A stretch of DNA of 64,000 nucleotides from Candidatus Eiseniibacteriota bacterium (GCA_031431875.1 JANPEF010000028.1:8793-72792); one strand, 5' to 3'. Counted from the stretch's first letter, positions 24,501-33,446 are shown. Numbers and translations: made by a program. Notes: a model not told the origin generated them from the sequence alone.

Positions 24501-25234
24501 CGCATGATCGGCACCATGCGCTTGGCGGTCGCGAGCGGGTCCTCGAAGGTGAGGCCGGCCCAGTTCGGCGGATCGTCCCAGTGGGGCACGCCCGGCGTGG
24601 TGAGGCCCAGGATGCCCACGCGCACGCCGTCGATCACCTTCACCAGGTACGACTGGTACTCGGCGGCGCCGGGCGTGTCGGTCTTGAGCGTGTTCGCCGA
24701 GAGCCAGGGAAACTTCGCCTCGGAGTGCGCCTTGCGCAGCACCTCGAGGCCGAAGTTGTACTCGTGGTTGCCGACGGTGAACGCCTCGTAGCCCATCGCG
24801 TTCATGCACGACATCTGGGGATCGGGGCGGCCGCCGGTGCCGGGCACGCCGTCGTCGGCGCCGACCGCGTGCACGTAGGGCAGCGGCGTGCCCTGGATGC
24901 AGTCGCCCGCGTCGACCAGCATCGAGCGCGGGGTCTCGGCGCGCACCTGTTTCACCAGCGTCGCGATCTTCGACAGGCCGAGATCCGGATCCGCCTTCCC
25001 GGTGTCGTAATTCCACGGCAGGAGGTGGCCGTGCAGGTCGGTCGTGTGGAGGACCGCGATCTCGACCTTCGCCGGTCCCTTCGCCGCCGCGGCGGGCTTC
25101 GCCTTCGCGCGGGACTTCTTCTTCGCCGCGGCGTCGGCGTCGTCGGGCCCGGTCCCCAGCGTGGTGAGGAGGGTCAGCGCGACCAGGGCGATGCCGAACT
25201 GGGACCAGCGAAGCGGGCGCGGACGGGCCGTCAC
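21596..25234 (-). CDS. Tandem 2',3'-cyclic-nucleotide phosphodiesterase / 5'-nucleotidase (YfkN-like), exported
   Basis: Two metallophosphoesterase modules (HTTDLHG/DAGD/GNHE and HMTDFHG/DGGD/GNHE), each followed by a 5'-nucleotidase C-terminal domain. Confidence 0.88.
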   Translation of the reverse strand: MTARPRPLRWSQFGIALVALTLLTTLGTGPDDADAAAKKKSRAKAKPAAAAKGPAKVEIAVLHTTDLHGHLLPWNYDTGKADPDLGLSKIATLVKQVRAETPRSMLVDAGDCIQGTPLPYVHAVGADDGVPGTGGRPDPQMSCMNAMGYEAFTVGNHEYNFGLEVLRKAHSEAKFPWLSANTLKTDTPGAAEYQSYLVKVIDGVRVGILGLTTPGVPHWDDPPNWAGLTFEDPLATAKRMVPIMRERERCDAIIVVCHMGLEEDANGRPRPNQMPNENRVLAIARGVPGVDAIIMGHTHVRIESRIENGVLLTQSGRWADGLGRLDLTFDRQPNGRYKLTDRKGRVYDVDETVASDPAIEAIAKPYHDATEAYLSTIIAQAADTLDGGDARIRDNALHEIVDRAQLKATGADVSLSAMFNPRARITPGPVTVRDVFAIYPYENTLAAIELSGADMKAALEHSSRYYMPYDFGRTPGPAVNPDIQGYNFDTVEGLTYTLDLSRPAGERVRDLRLDGALLAPDRMIKVAVNNYRVNGGGGYTMLKNGREVSTRRVPARSAVVAYMREQGTIRRRTDGNWRLAPEWVGSPAREPIERLVRRGVIPPDSALTYRLDAPLTHRRLADWVRMLGVPEPLGPAGESARKKQKLSPVKLDPTATVPLSRAIEWSANALPATQRGRATAADDPFGLADGRAADRPLTVAEGAAVLADAVFPRLTFLHMTDFHGALLPGATERSSQKPWGGAAVLAAYVARERALNPQGTILTDGGDWMQGTAISNLRFGRPVIDLMNRLGVDAAAIGNHEFDWSVDTLRARMAGAHFTPLGANWFDRATGKRMAGIAPWTIETRRGLSVGILGLCTEDTPQTTMPQHVKDFEFKDAGKTAASLVDSVRAAGAALYVVIGHIPGRQDSTGKVSGELADVARAVPGELAVFGGHSHNRLLGEASGVPAMIAGSSGQYLGRLDVVVDRRAEDGKGAVVPAETHARMIPTYADDVRPDPATLAFVEQTNAAIAPITGRILGTADQAMGRSRAEDSALGNWISDAMREATGADFAFQNPGGIRTELDAGPVTVGEVYAIMPFDNRIATVQLTGAQVKSVLETGVSPTTCIQVSGLTFAFDPAKPRGERVRDLKTAAGIAVDPAATYAVAANDFMAQGGDGFTMFAEGKGLTVTGILVREAMEKDLEKRTARGEHLSPTGGRRIKNLGTSAAADANR

Positions 25235-25534
25235 GGGACCTCCGAATGGAGCGGGGGCGGGCAGGAAGGGTGGAAGGCTGGAGCGTAGGCGGCGCCGTGG
25301 GAGGCCGTCAAGTCTCGCCCCGGGTGTCGCTTGCGAGCGGCGGCAACGACCGGACGGGTCAAGCCCGCGTCAATCCTGCCGATGCCCTGGGGCAAGCGGT
25401 TGACCCCGGGGCACGACTCGCCCTACGCTCACCTCGCAGTTGGTCAGACCCGGCCTTCCCCCGCGGGACCACGCCACGAGGGAAGGCCCACCCAAAGGAC
25501 ACCCCGCGCCCATCGGCGCGGACGGAGGTGCGAC

Positions 25535-26119
25535 GTGATTTCGAACCGGATCAAGTTCCTCGCGGTCGGTATCGCCCTGGTCGGCGCCAGCTCGCTCGCC
25601 TACGCGTGCGACGGTGCCAAGGCCTCGACCAAGAGCACCTCGGCCTCGCAGGTCTCGAGCGAAGGTGCGGGCTGCGCCTCGAAGGCGAGCGCCAAGATGG
25701 CGAGCGCCGATGGATGCTGCGCCAAGGGTGCCAAGGCGTCGGCCACCATGGCCTCGGCGGCCGGCGACCACTGCGCCGCGGGCTCGAAGTCGGCGATGGC
25801 GCTGGCGTACGGCAAGAACACCGTCACGTCGGCCGGCACTTGCCCCGCGAAGAACGAAGCGGACTACTCGTTCTACGTCGCCGGCGCCGAGTGCAAGGGC
25901 ACCGGCTCGGCCGTGGCCCAGACCGTGAAGTCGGTCAAGGGCGTCGCGGCGGTCACCGTCGACTACGAGAACCACATGGTCTACGTCTGCGCCGACAGCA
26001 AGACGGCGAGCCAGAAGTCGATCGAGAAGTCGCTCAAGAGCGCCGGCTACGACGAGGTGAAGTTCGTCAACGCCTCGAAGAACAACTGCTCCAAGTCGCA
26101 CGGCAAGGTCGAAGTCTAG
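25535..26119 (+). CDS. Exported Cys-rich protein with C-terminal HMA-like domain
   Basis: GGAGGT RBS; signal ending AYA; FYVAGAECKGTGSAVAQTVKSVKGVAAVTVDY...LKSAGY. Confidence 0.7.
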   Translation: MISNRIKFLAVGIALVGASSLAYACDGAKASTKSTSASQVSSEGAGCASKASAKMASADGCCAKGAKASATMASAAGDHCAAGSKSAMALAYGKNTVTSAGTCPAKNEADYSFYVAGAECKGTGSAVAQTVKSVKGVAAVTVDYENHMVYVCADSKTASQKSIEKSLKSAGYDEVKFVNASKNNCSKSHGKVEV

Positions 26120-26144
26120 ACTCTCGGCTCGGCATCGGACACAC

Positions 26145-26177
26145 TGCGGGGCGGGGGGGCGACCTCCCGCCCCGCAG
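26145..26177 (+). terminator. GC-rich hairpin after the HMA-like gene
   Basis: CTGCGGGGCGGG(G)G...CCTCCCGCCCCGCAG inverted repeat; weak U-tract. Confidence 0.45.
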
Positions 26178-26205
26178 TCCGTTTCCGGTCGAGCCTGGAG
26201 GTGGC

Positions 26206-26988
26206 GTGAGCGAATCGTTGCTGTGTCCCGATTGTGGAGCGGCGAATCCGAGCAATTCCGAGTCGTGCTCGGAGTGCAGCCATCCGCTCGCCGCCGAGTT
26301 CCGGCCCCGCCGGCCGGCGATCGAGCGACCGGAGCGCCCACCGGCCTCGGTGGCGAGCTGGGGCTACCGCCCGTCCGGCGCCGCGGGAAGCGACGTCCCC
26401 GGCTGGTTGTGGGGTGCCGTCGGTGTCGCTGCCCTCGCCGCCGTGTTCATCGCCGCGATCCAGATCGCGAACGCGCCCAAGCCCATCGCCGTGCCCAATG
26501 CCAGCGCCGCGCAGTCGGCGAGCGCCGAGTCGCTGTCGGTGCTGTTGCGCGCCGACTCGTCGGCCGTTGGGGCAAACGTCGCGATGGGCAACCTGATGTA
26601 CGACACCGGAAACTTCCCGCTGGCGATCCCGTTCTACCTGCGCGCGCTGAAGAAGGATCCGTCGCTGGTCGACGTCGAGGTGGACCTCGCGGTCTCGTAC
26701 CACAACTCCGGCGACTTCGAGACCGCGCGCCGGTTGCTCGAAGGCGTCGTCGCGCAGCATCCCGGCCACGCGATCGCACTGTTCGACCTGGGCGTGGTCT
26801 ACCAGCAATTGGGTCGCGGCGACGACGCGAAGCGCGTGCTCACCCGCGCCCGCGAGGTGGCGGGGCCCGCCGAGATGGCGTCGGTGATCGACGCGATGAT
26901 CGCGCGTCTCGACGGCAAGGAGCCGGCCGGCGAGCTGCCGCCCGGGCACCCGCCGATGGACGCGCCGTCGCCCGGCTCCACTCCCTGA
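26206..26988 (+). CDS. Zinc-ribbon + TM + TPR membrane protein
   Basis: GGAGG RBS; CPDC..CSEC; one TM helix; TPRs; C-terminal LPPGHPP. Confidence 0.75.
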   Translation: MSESLLCPDCGAANPSNSESCSECSHPLAAEFRPRRPAIERPERPPASVASWGYRPSGAAGSDVPGWLWGAVGVAALAAVFIAAIQIANAPKPIAVPNASAAQSASAESLSVLLRADSSAVGANVAMGNLMYDTGNFPLAIPFYLRALKKDPSLVDVEVDLAVSYHNSGDFETARRLLEGVVAQHPGHAIALFDLGVVYQQLGRGDDAKRVLTRAREVAGPAEMASVIDAMIARLDGKEPAGELPPGHPPMDAPSPGSTP

Positions 26989-27009
26989 CGGACTGCGCGC
27001 ACCGGCCTC

Positions 27010-28083
27010 GTGATGCCCGATGACCTCGAAGCGTTGCGCGCCCGGATTCGCGCCCTCGACCTCGAGCTGATCGATCGCGTCGGCGAGCGCCAGGAGCTGG
27101 CGCGGCGTGTCGGCGAGCTCAAGCGCCGGGAGGGTCGCCCCACCGTCGACTTCGAGCAGGAGCGCGTCGTGCTCGACCGGGTGCGCGAGGCGGCCCGCGT
27201 GCGCGGCGTCGACGACGCGGTCGCGCAGGACCTGTTCGTCGCGCTGATCCGCGCCTCCGTCACCGTGCAGGACGAGGACAACCTGCGCGCCTCGGCGCTC
27301 GGTGCCGGGTCGCGCGCCGTGGTCGTCGGCGGCGCCGGGCGCATGGGCCGCTGGTTCGGGCGCTTCCTGGCCGCCCAGGGCTACGCGGTGAGCAGCCTCG
27401 ATCCGGCCGGCCCGCCGGCCGAGAGCGCCGCGGCCGAGGGCATCCTCGCCGCCGCGGACCTGGTCGTCTGCTCGACTCCGCCGGCCGCGACGGCGCGGCT
27501 GTACGAGGAGTGGGCGGCCCGCGTTCCCACCGGCGTGATCGTCGACATCGCCAGCATCAAGACCCCGCTGGTCGCGCCGATCCGTGCGCTGCGGGCAGCC
27601 GGCGGGCGCGTCGCTTCGATCCATCCGCTGTTCGGCCCGGCGACGCTGCTGCTGCGCGACGCCGACCTCGTGATCTGCGACACCGGCGATCCGGCCGCGG
27701 CCGCCGCGATCGAGGCGCTGTTCCTCCCGACCACCGCCCGCCTCGTGCACCTGTCGCTCGAGGATCACGACCGCATCATGGCCGACCTGCTGAGCCTTGC
27801 GCACGCGACTGCGATCGCGTTTGCCCTCGCGCTGCCCGCCGCCGATCACCCCGTGCGCAGCACGACGTTCCGCGCCCTCGAGGACCTGGCCGCGGCCGTC
27901 GTGCGCGAGAGTCCCGACGTCTACTTCGAGATCCAGGCGAGCAATCCGCACTCGGCGGGCGCGCTCGAGCGACTGCGCGGCGCGCTCGATCGCGTCGCGG
28001 CGGCCGTGACATCGGGTGATCCGGTCGCGTTCGCACGCCTGCTCGCGGCCGGGCGGGAGCGGACCGCGCCGCGCGAGCGTTAG
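27010..28083 (+). CDS. tyrA: Chorismate mutase / prephenate dehydrogenase
   Basis: N-terminal CM (LRARIRALD..VGELK); GGAGRMG, DIASIK, HPLFGP, HDRIMA. Confidence 0.88.
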   Translation: MMPDDLEALRARIRALDLELIDRVGERQELARRVGELKRREGRPTVDFEQERVVLDRVREAARVRGVDDAVAQDLFVALIRASVTVQDEDNLRASALGAGSRAVVVGGAGRMGRWFGRFLAAQGYAVSSLDPAGPPAESAAAEGILAAADLVVCSTPPAATARLYEEWAARVPTGVIVDIASIKTPLVAPIRALRAAGGRVASIHPLFGPATLLLRDADLVICDTGDPAAAAAIEALFLPTTARLVHLSLEDHDRIMADLLSLAHATAIAFALALPAADHPVRSTTFRALEDLAAAVVRESPDVYFEIQASNPHSAGALERLRGALDRVAAAVTSGDPVAFARLLAAGRERTAPRER

Positions 28084-28808
28084 CGGGTCGGGACTCCGAG
28101 TGCCCCTGCGGTGTGGCGCGGCAGGTCGGCGTCGCCGGCTCCGGCTCCGGCGCACAATCGTTCGCGCAGGGCCGTGAGGTCGGCGGGCTCGTCGACGTCC
28201 CACCAGGGTTCGAGAACCTCGACGCTCCACGGGGGAGTGGCCCCCTCGGCTCGCTCTCGCGTGCGCGCGCACGCGTCGCCGGTTCCCCACGACGACTCGT
28301 CCCGCAGCATCGCCCCGGGCGCGCGGTCACTGCCGATCAGCACGAAGCCGCCATCGGCCGCCGGTCCCAGGACCAGCCGCGGCACCGGGGACGCTCCGGC
28401 GAGCCGCTGCACGGCGTCGCGCAGGATGCGGGCCGGCAGGTCCGGGACGTCGGCGCCGACGAGGACCGCCGGCCCGGACACGGTGAGCGCCGCCAGCGCG
28501 GCGTCCATGCGCGCCCCCAGGTGGGGGCCGTCCTGGAGTGCGATCCGGATCCCGGGGTCGACCAGTTGTCGGGCTGCGGCCAGCGTCTCGACCGTCCCGC
28601 GGTCCGGCTCGGGCGCGACGTAGAACCACGCGCCCGAGGGGGCGACGCGGAGCGCCCGCTCCAGCCCGTCGAGGAGAAACGCCCGCGCCAACTCGGCGGC
28701 ACGCTCCGGACCGACCCCGCGGGCCAGCCGCGTCTTGCCCGTCCCGACGCGTGGAATCCGCCCGAAGACTGCAATTTGAGGGATCGCGGGTGCGGCGGGC
28801 GTCGCCAC
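28080..28808 (-). CDS. DUF2064 / TIGR04282-type nucleotidyl/glycosyltransferase-like protein
   Basis: GKTRLA, QDGPHLGARM, VGADVP, LGPAADGG, WDVDEPADL. Confidence 0.8.
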   Translation of the reverse strand: MATPAAPAIPQIAVFGRIPRVGTGKTRLARGVGPERAAELARAFLLDGLERALRVAPSGAWFYVAPEPDRGTVETLAAARQLVDPGIRIALQDGPHLGARMDAALAALTVSGPAVLVGADVPDLPARILRDAVQRLAGASPVPRLVLGPAADGGFVLIGSDRAPGAMLRDESSWGTGDACARTRERAEGATPPWSVEVLEPWWDVDEPADLTALRERLCAGAGAGDADLPRHTAGALGVPTR

Positions 28809-28938
28809 GGCTCTCCGGAATGGTTCGGGGTCAAGGGCCCGTCAACTCTGCCTGCGACGTGCAGAAATCGGGATCCGAACGGGACCTTCGAGCGTCTACA
28901 CATGCGAGGACGCAATCGACATCGGCGTCCGACACTAT

Positions 28939-29035
28939 GAAGTTCCCTGCGGCTCACGTGAGCAGGTTGTTCGGCCGATCCTCTTTTGCGGAGGGTTCGA
29001 TCCGGCGGCCCCACGGTCCACAGGCGGGGAACTTC
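28939..29035 (+). ncRNA. Candidate ~100-nt hairpin RNA (possibly short 6S-like)
   Basis: 12-bp closing stem GAAGTTCCCTGC/GCGGGGAACTTC with internal stems; intergenic. Confidence 0.35.
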
Positions 29036-29092
29036 TTCTTCGGGCCGGCGCTCTGCAGAGGGCGCCGGCCCTTCGTGCTACAGTACCGCGTC

Positions 29093-29590
29093 ATGCCCGA
29101 ACGCGCCCTCCGTAGCGAGGCTTTCCTCGAAGCCGCCCACGACCACTTCGGCCGGTTCCTCGCCGGCCGGAAGCTCCGCTATACCGCGGAGCGTCGGGCG
29201 GTCGTCGACGTCGTATTCGCCAAGCACCGTCACTTCGAGGCCGACGACCTGGTGATGTGGACCCGCGGGCAGGACGGCCGGGTCTCCCGGGCCACCATCT
29301 ACCGCACGCTCGAGTTGCTGGTGAAGTCCGGGCTCGTCCGCCAGATGACGTTCGGCGACAAGTCGGCCCAGCACTACGAGCAGGTCCTGGGCATTCCGCA
29401 CCACGATCACCTCATCTGCCTCGCCTGCGGCCGCGTCGAGGAGGTCTTCTCCGCCGACCTCGAGCGCGAACAGGACGCCCTGTGCGCCCGCCATGGTTTC
29501 GAGGTCCATCACCACAACCTGGAAGTCTTCGGCCTGTGCCGCAAGTGTCGCGCCACGGGCGCCACCGCGAAGCAGCGCGGACGCAACTGA
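29093..29590 (+). CDS. Fur-family transcriptional regulator
   Basis: HFEADDL, SRATIYRTL, HHDHLICLACG, CRKC. Confidence 0.92.
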   Translation: MPERALRSEAFLEAAHDHFGRFLAGRKLRYTAERRAVVDVVFAKHRHFEADDLVMWTRGQDGRVSRATIYRTLELLVKSGLVRQMTFGDKSAQHYEQVLGIPHHDHLICLACGRVEEVFSADLEREQDALCARHGFEVHHHNLEVFGLCRKCRATGATAKQRGRN

Positions 29591-29600
29591 CCCGACGCCC

Positions 29601-30992
29601 ATGCGCCGCTCGTTCACACTGACCGCGGTCTTCGCCCTGGCCGTGATCGTCGTGGTCACCGGCGCGTCGCTGTTCACCTACACACGCGTCCGCAATGCGC
29701 TCGAGAGCGAGTTCGCGCGGCGCGTCGAGTGGGTCGCCGCCGCCGGCGCCGCCGACGTCACGGGCCGCTCCGTGCGCACGCTGCGCGCCGAGGGCGCCTC
29801 CGCGTTCGCCCTCTCCGACTCGATCCTGCTCTCGCTCGGCGCCGTGCGGCGTTCGTCGCAGGCCGCGCGCGTGTTCCTGCTGCATGCCGACGGCACACGG
29901 TTGCTCGACACCGAGGCCGACCTGATCGTCGGCGAGCCCCCGCCGCTCGACCCCGCCGCGGCCGCGGCCGTACGGCGCGCGCTCGCCGGGCAGCCGGCGC
30001 ACGGCGGCCTCGTGGCGCGCCAGGGTCGGCGTTACCTCACGGCATTCGCGCCGGTGCGCGACGCGATGGCGTTGCCCGCGCCAGGTGCGGGCGCCCCGGG
30101 CCGCGACCTGACCCCGGTCGTCGGCGTGCTCGGGGTCGAGGCGAGCGCCGAGTTCCTGGCTGTGCTGCCCGAGATTGCCCGCCTGCTCGCCTCGACCGCG
30201 CTGGTGGGCGCGCTCGCCGTGCTCGCGCTGGCGGCGCTGTTCGTGCGCCTGCTCGCGGCGCAGCAGGGGCTCGAGCGCTCGCTGTCACGGGCCGAGAACC
30301 TGGCGTCGGTCGGCGAGCTGGCGGCGACGCTGGCGCACGAGGTGCGCAACCCGCTCGGTGTCATCGACGGCGCCGCGAAGCGCCTGCACCGGCACTACGC
30401 CGGGCCCGAGCCCGAACTGTTCGGCTACATCGAGGAGGAGGTGGCGCGGCTGTCGCGCACCGTGCACCGCTACCTCGCATTCGCGCGCCCGGCGCCCCCG
30501 GGCGAGGGCGCTGACGTGGCCGATGCGTTCGCCGTGACGCTGGGCCTGCTCGAGCGCGAGGCCGAGTTGCAGGCCGTGCGCGTCGTGCGCGAGCGGGATG
30601 CCGCGGTCGAGTCGGTGGAGTCCGCCGCACCCGGCCCGCACGTGGCCCTCGGCGGCGAGGAGCTGAAACAGGTGTTGTTCAACCTGGTGCGCAACGCGCT
30701 CGAGGCCCTGCCCGCCGGCGGGACGATTCGCGTAGGATGGGCCGCGGAGCCGCACCGCGTGTCGCTGTGGGTCACCGACGACGGCCCGGGCATGGATGCG
30801 ACGACGCTCGCCCGCGCTCGCCGCCCGTTCGTCACCACGCGCGCGCAGGGCACGGGGCTGGGGCTCGCCATCGTCGACCGGCTGGTGCGTGAGGCCGGCG
30901 GGCACTTCGAGCTGACGAGCGCGCCGGGGGCAGGGACGACGGCGCGCATCGAGTTGCCGCGCGTCGCGCGGCATGGGCAGGGAGGGGCATGA
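29601..30992 (+). CDS. Sensor histidine kinase
   Basis: Two TM segments; AHEVRNPL; NLVRNA; DDGPG; GTGLGL. Confidence 0.9.
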   Translation: MRRSFTLTAVFALAVIVVVTGASLFTYTRVRNALESEFARRVEWVAAAGAADVTGRSVRTLRAEGASAFALSDSILLSLGAVRRSSQAARVFLLHADGTRLLDTEADLIVGEPPPLDPAAAAAVRRALAGQPAHGGLVARQGRRYLTAFAPVRDAMALPAPGAGAPGRDLTPVVGVLGVEASAEFLAVLPEIARLLASTALVGALAVLALAALFVRLLAAQQGLERSLSRAENLASVGELAATLAHEVRNPLGVIDGAAKRLHRHYAGPEPELFGYIEEEVARLSRTVHRYLAFARPAPPGEGADVADAFAVTLGLLEREAELQAVRVVRERDAAVESVESAAPGPHVALGGEELKQVLFNLVRNALEALPAGGTIRVGWAAEPHRVSLWVTDDGPGMDATTLARARRPFVTTRAQGTGLGLAIVDRLVREAGGHFELTSAPGAGTTARIELPRVARHGQGGA

Positions 30993-32455
30993 GCCGGATC
31001 CTGGTGGTGGACGACGAGGCCCGTGGCGGCGACCTGTTGCGCCGCGAACTGGCCGATCGCGGGCACGACGTCGAGGCGCTGACCAGCTCCCGGGCCGCGC
31101 TCGCACGCCTGGCCGAGGCGTCGTTCGACCTCGTCATCACCGACCTGCGCATGCCGCCGCCCGACGGGCTCGCGCTGCTGGCCGAGATCAAGCAGCGCTG
31201 GCCGGCCACCGAGGTCATCCTCATGACCGCGCACGGCGACGAGACGACCGCCGTCCAGGCGATGCGCGCCGGCGCCTACGATTACCTGAAGAAGGATCCG
31301 CGCGTCGAGCCCGACGAGATCCAGCTGCGCCTCGAGCGGCTGATCGAGACCAGGGGCGGCCGCGCCGAGCGCGACCGCCTGAGCCGCGAGGTCGTGGCGC
31401 TGCGCGCGGGAACGCTGGCGGTGATCGGCCGGAGCGACGCGCTCGAGCGCGCCGGCGCACTGGCGCGCAAGGTGGCGGCGACTGACGCGACCGTGCTCCT
31501 GCGGGGTGAGTCGGGCACGGGCAAGGACCTGTTCGCGCGCGCGATCCACTTCGACTCGGCGCGCTCGGGCGGCCCGTGGGTGAAGGTGAACTGCGGTGCG
31601 ATCCCCGAGAACCTGCTCGAGAGCGAGCTGTTCGGCCACGAGAAGGGCGCTTTTACCGGCGCGATCACGCGCAAGCTGGGTCGCTTCGAGCAGGCCGATG
31701 GCGGCACGATCTTTCTCGACGAGATCGGCGAGCTCTCCCCGGCGCTCCAGGTCAAGCTGCTGCAGGTGATCGAGGAGAAGGCGTTCGTGCGGGTGGGCGG
31801 CAGCGAGACGCGTTCGGTCAGCGTGCGCATCGTCGCCGCAACCAACCGCGACCTCGAGGGCGAGGTCTCGGCCGGGCGGTTTCGCGAGGACCTGTTCTAT
31901 CGCCTCAACGTCTTCCCGATCGTCCTGCCGCCATTGCGCGCGCGGCCCGGCGATCTCGAGCCGCTGGTGCACCACTTCCTCGCCGCGGCCGGCTCGCCGC
32001 CGGACAAGATCACGCCTGCAGGTTACTGCGCGCTGGCGACGTACCCGTTCCCGGGCAACGTGCGCGAGCTGGCGCACGTCATCGAGCGGGCTCTCATCAT
32101 CGCCGGGCCCGACCCGATCACGCCCGACGAGCTGCTGTTCCAGCCGGCGCGGCGGGTGGCCCCGGCGGCCGGCGACGGCGCCGGGACCGGCGCGCGCGTC
32201 GCGGCGGCGGGCTTTCTCGAGGGCGGGTTCGCCATCCCCGAGATTCCCGACGGCGGCCTCTCGCTCGAGGCGCTGGAGAAGGCGCTGTTGCTGCAGGCGA
32301 TCGGAAAGGCGAAGGGCAACAAGAGCGCAGCCGCCCGCCTGCTGGGCCTGACCCGACGCACGTTGTACTCGCGATTGGAAAAGCACGGGCTGGGTCTCGC
32401 CGGCGACGCCGACGAGGGGAGTGAGGCGGCGGACGCCGCGGAGGAACGGCCGTGA
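30989..32455 (+). CDS. Sigma54-dependent response regulator (NtrC/AtoC family)
   Basis: REC domain, GESGTGKD, GAFTGA, FPGNVREL, HTH. Confidence 0.93.
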   Translation: MSRILVVDDEARGGDLLRRELADRGHDVEALTSSRAALARLAEASFDLVITDLRMPPPDGLALLAEIKQRWPATEVILMTAHGDETTAVQAMRAGAYDYLKKDPRVEPDEIQLRLERLIETRGGRAERDRLSREVVALRAGTLAVIGRSDALERAGALARKVAATDATVLLRGESGTGKDLFARAIHFDSARSGGPWVKVNCGAIPENLLESELFGHEKGAFTGAITRKLGRFEQADGGTIFLDEIGELSPALQVKLLQVIEEKAFVRVGGSETRSVSVRIVAATNRDLEGEVSAGRFREDLFYRLNVFPIVLPPLRARPGDLEPLVHHFLAAAGSPPDKITPAGYCALATYPFPGNVRELAHVIERALIIAGPDPITPDELLFQPARRVAPAAGDGAGTGARVAAAGFLEGGFAIPEIPDGGLSLEALEKALLLQAIGKAKGNKSAAARLLGLTRRTLYSRLEKHGLGLAGDADEGSEAADAAEERP

Positions 32456-33360
32456 AGTGGAGCGGATGGTTGTTCGACAACCTGGGGCTCAAGTTGTTCG
32501 CGCTGTTGCTGGCGCTGCTGCTGTACCTGCACGTGCTGACCGATCGCACAAGCGAGGAGACCGTCGACTTCCCCCTCGTGGTGAGCGGCCTCGTCGACTC
32601 GCTGGCCCTCGCGACGGCGCCGCCCGAGAGCGTCTCGGTCCGCCTGCGGGGCACGGGCAAGCAGATCCTGCGCCTGCGCTATCTTCGTCCAGCGGTCACG
32701 ATCGGGCTGGGCGAGGTGGGCCCGGGCACGTTTCAGCGCACGCTCGGCCCGGCCGACGTGCCGCTCGAGGGGACCACCGGCGTGACCGTGCTCTCGGTGC
32801 TCGCCCCGGAGGTCCTGTCGCTCGACGTCGAGCCGCGCGGCGAGCGTCGCGTGCCCGTCGTCGCCGCGTTCGACGGCGACCCGCAGCGAGGCTTTACCCT
32901 CGGCGAGCCGGTGATACGCCCCGCGCAGGTGCGCCTGAGCGGACCCGCGCGCTGGCTCGCCCTGCAGGACTCGGTGCTGACGCGGCCGATCGCCGTGGCC
33001 GGCCGGCGCGAGTCGCTCGAGGTCATGCAGTCGCTCGCCGGATTGCCGAAATTCGTGTCGGTCTGGCCCGGCTCGGTGCTCGTCGCGGTGCCGATCGAGC
33101 CCGAGGAGATGCGCACGATCCAGGTGCCGATCGAGGTCCGCGGTGTGCGCGGTGAGCTCCGAGCCGAGCCGCAACCCGCGTTCGGCACGGTGACCGTGCG
33201 CGGGCCGCGCTCGCGCGTCGAGGCCCTCGACGCCGACCTGTTCCGCGCCTCGGTCGATGCGGGCGGACGTGGGCGCGGGGAATGGAAGCTGCCGCTGGAG
33301 TGGAGTGGTGCGGGCGGCGGCGTGGTCGCGCCCGAGAGCGTGCGGGTAGTGCTGCACTAG
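32452..33360 (+). CDS. CdaR/YbbR-like domain protein
   Basis: DNLGLKLFALLLALLLYLHV anchor followed by three P..V.V.L.G repeats. Confidence 0.8.
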   Translation: MKWSGWLFDNLGLKLFALLLALLLYLHVLTDRTSEETVDFPLVVSGLVDSLALATAPPESVSVRLRGTGKQILRLRYLRPAVTIGLGEVGPGTFQRTLGPADVPLEGTTGVTVLSVLAPEVLSLDVEPRGERRVPVVAAFDGDPQRGFTLGEPVIRPAQVRLSGPARWLALQDSVLTRPIAVAGRRESLEVMQSLAGLPKFVSVWPGSVLVAVPIEPEEMRTIQVPIEVRGVRGELRAEPQPAFGTVTVRGPRSRVEALDADLFRASVDAGGRGRGEWKLPLEWSGAGGGVVAPESVRVVLH

Positions 33361-33395
33361 CCGCACGGTCGCGGCCTGTATCCGGCGCAACAGGA

Positions 33396-33429
33396 AGGGC
33401 CGCACCCGTTCGCACGGATGCGGCCCATT
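33396..33429. terminator. Hairpin between convergent cdaR-like and sulfatase genes
   Basis: GGGCCGCACCCG...CGGATGCGGCCC inverted repeat. Confidence 0.55.
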
Positions 33430-33446
33430 GTTCTCAACCGGCGCGG

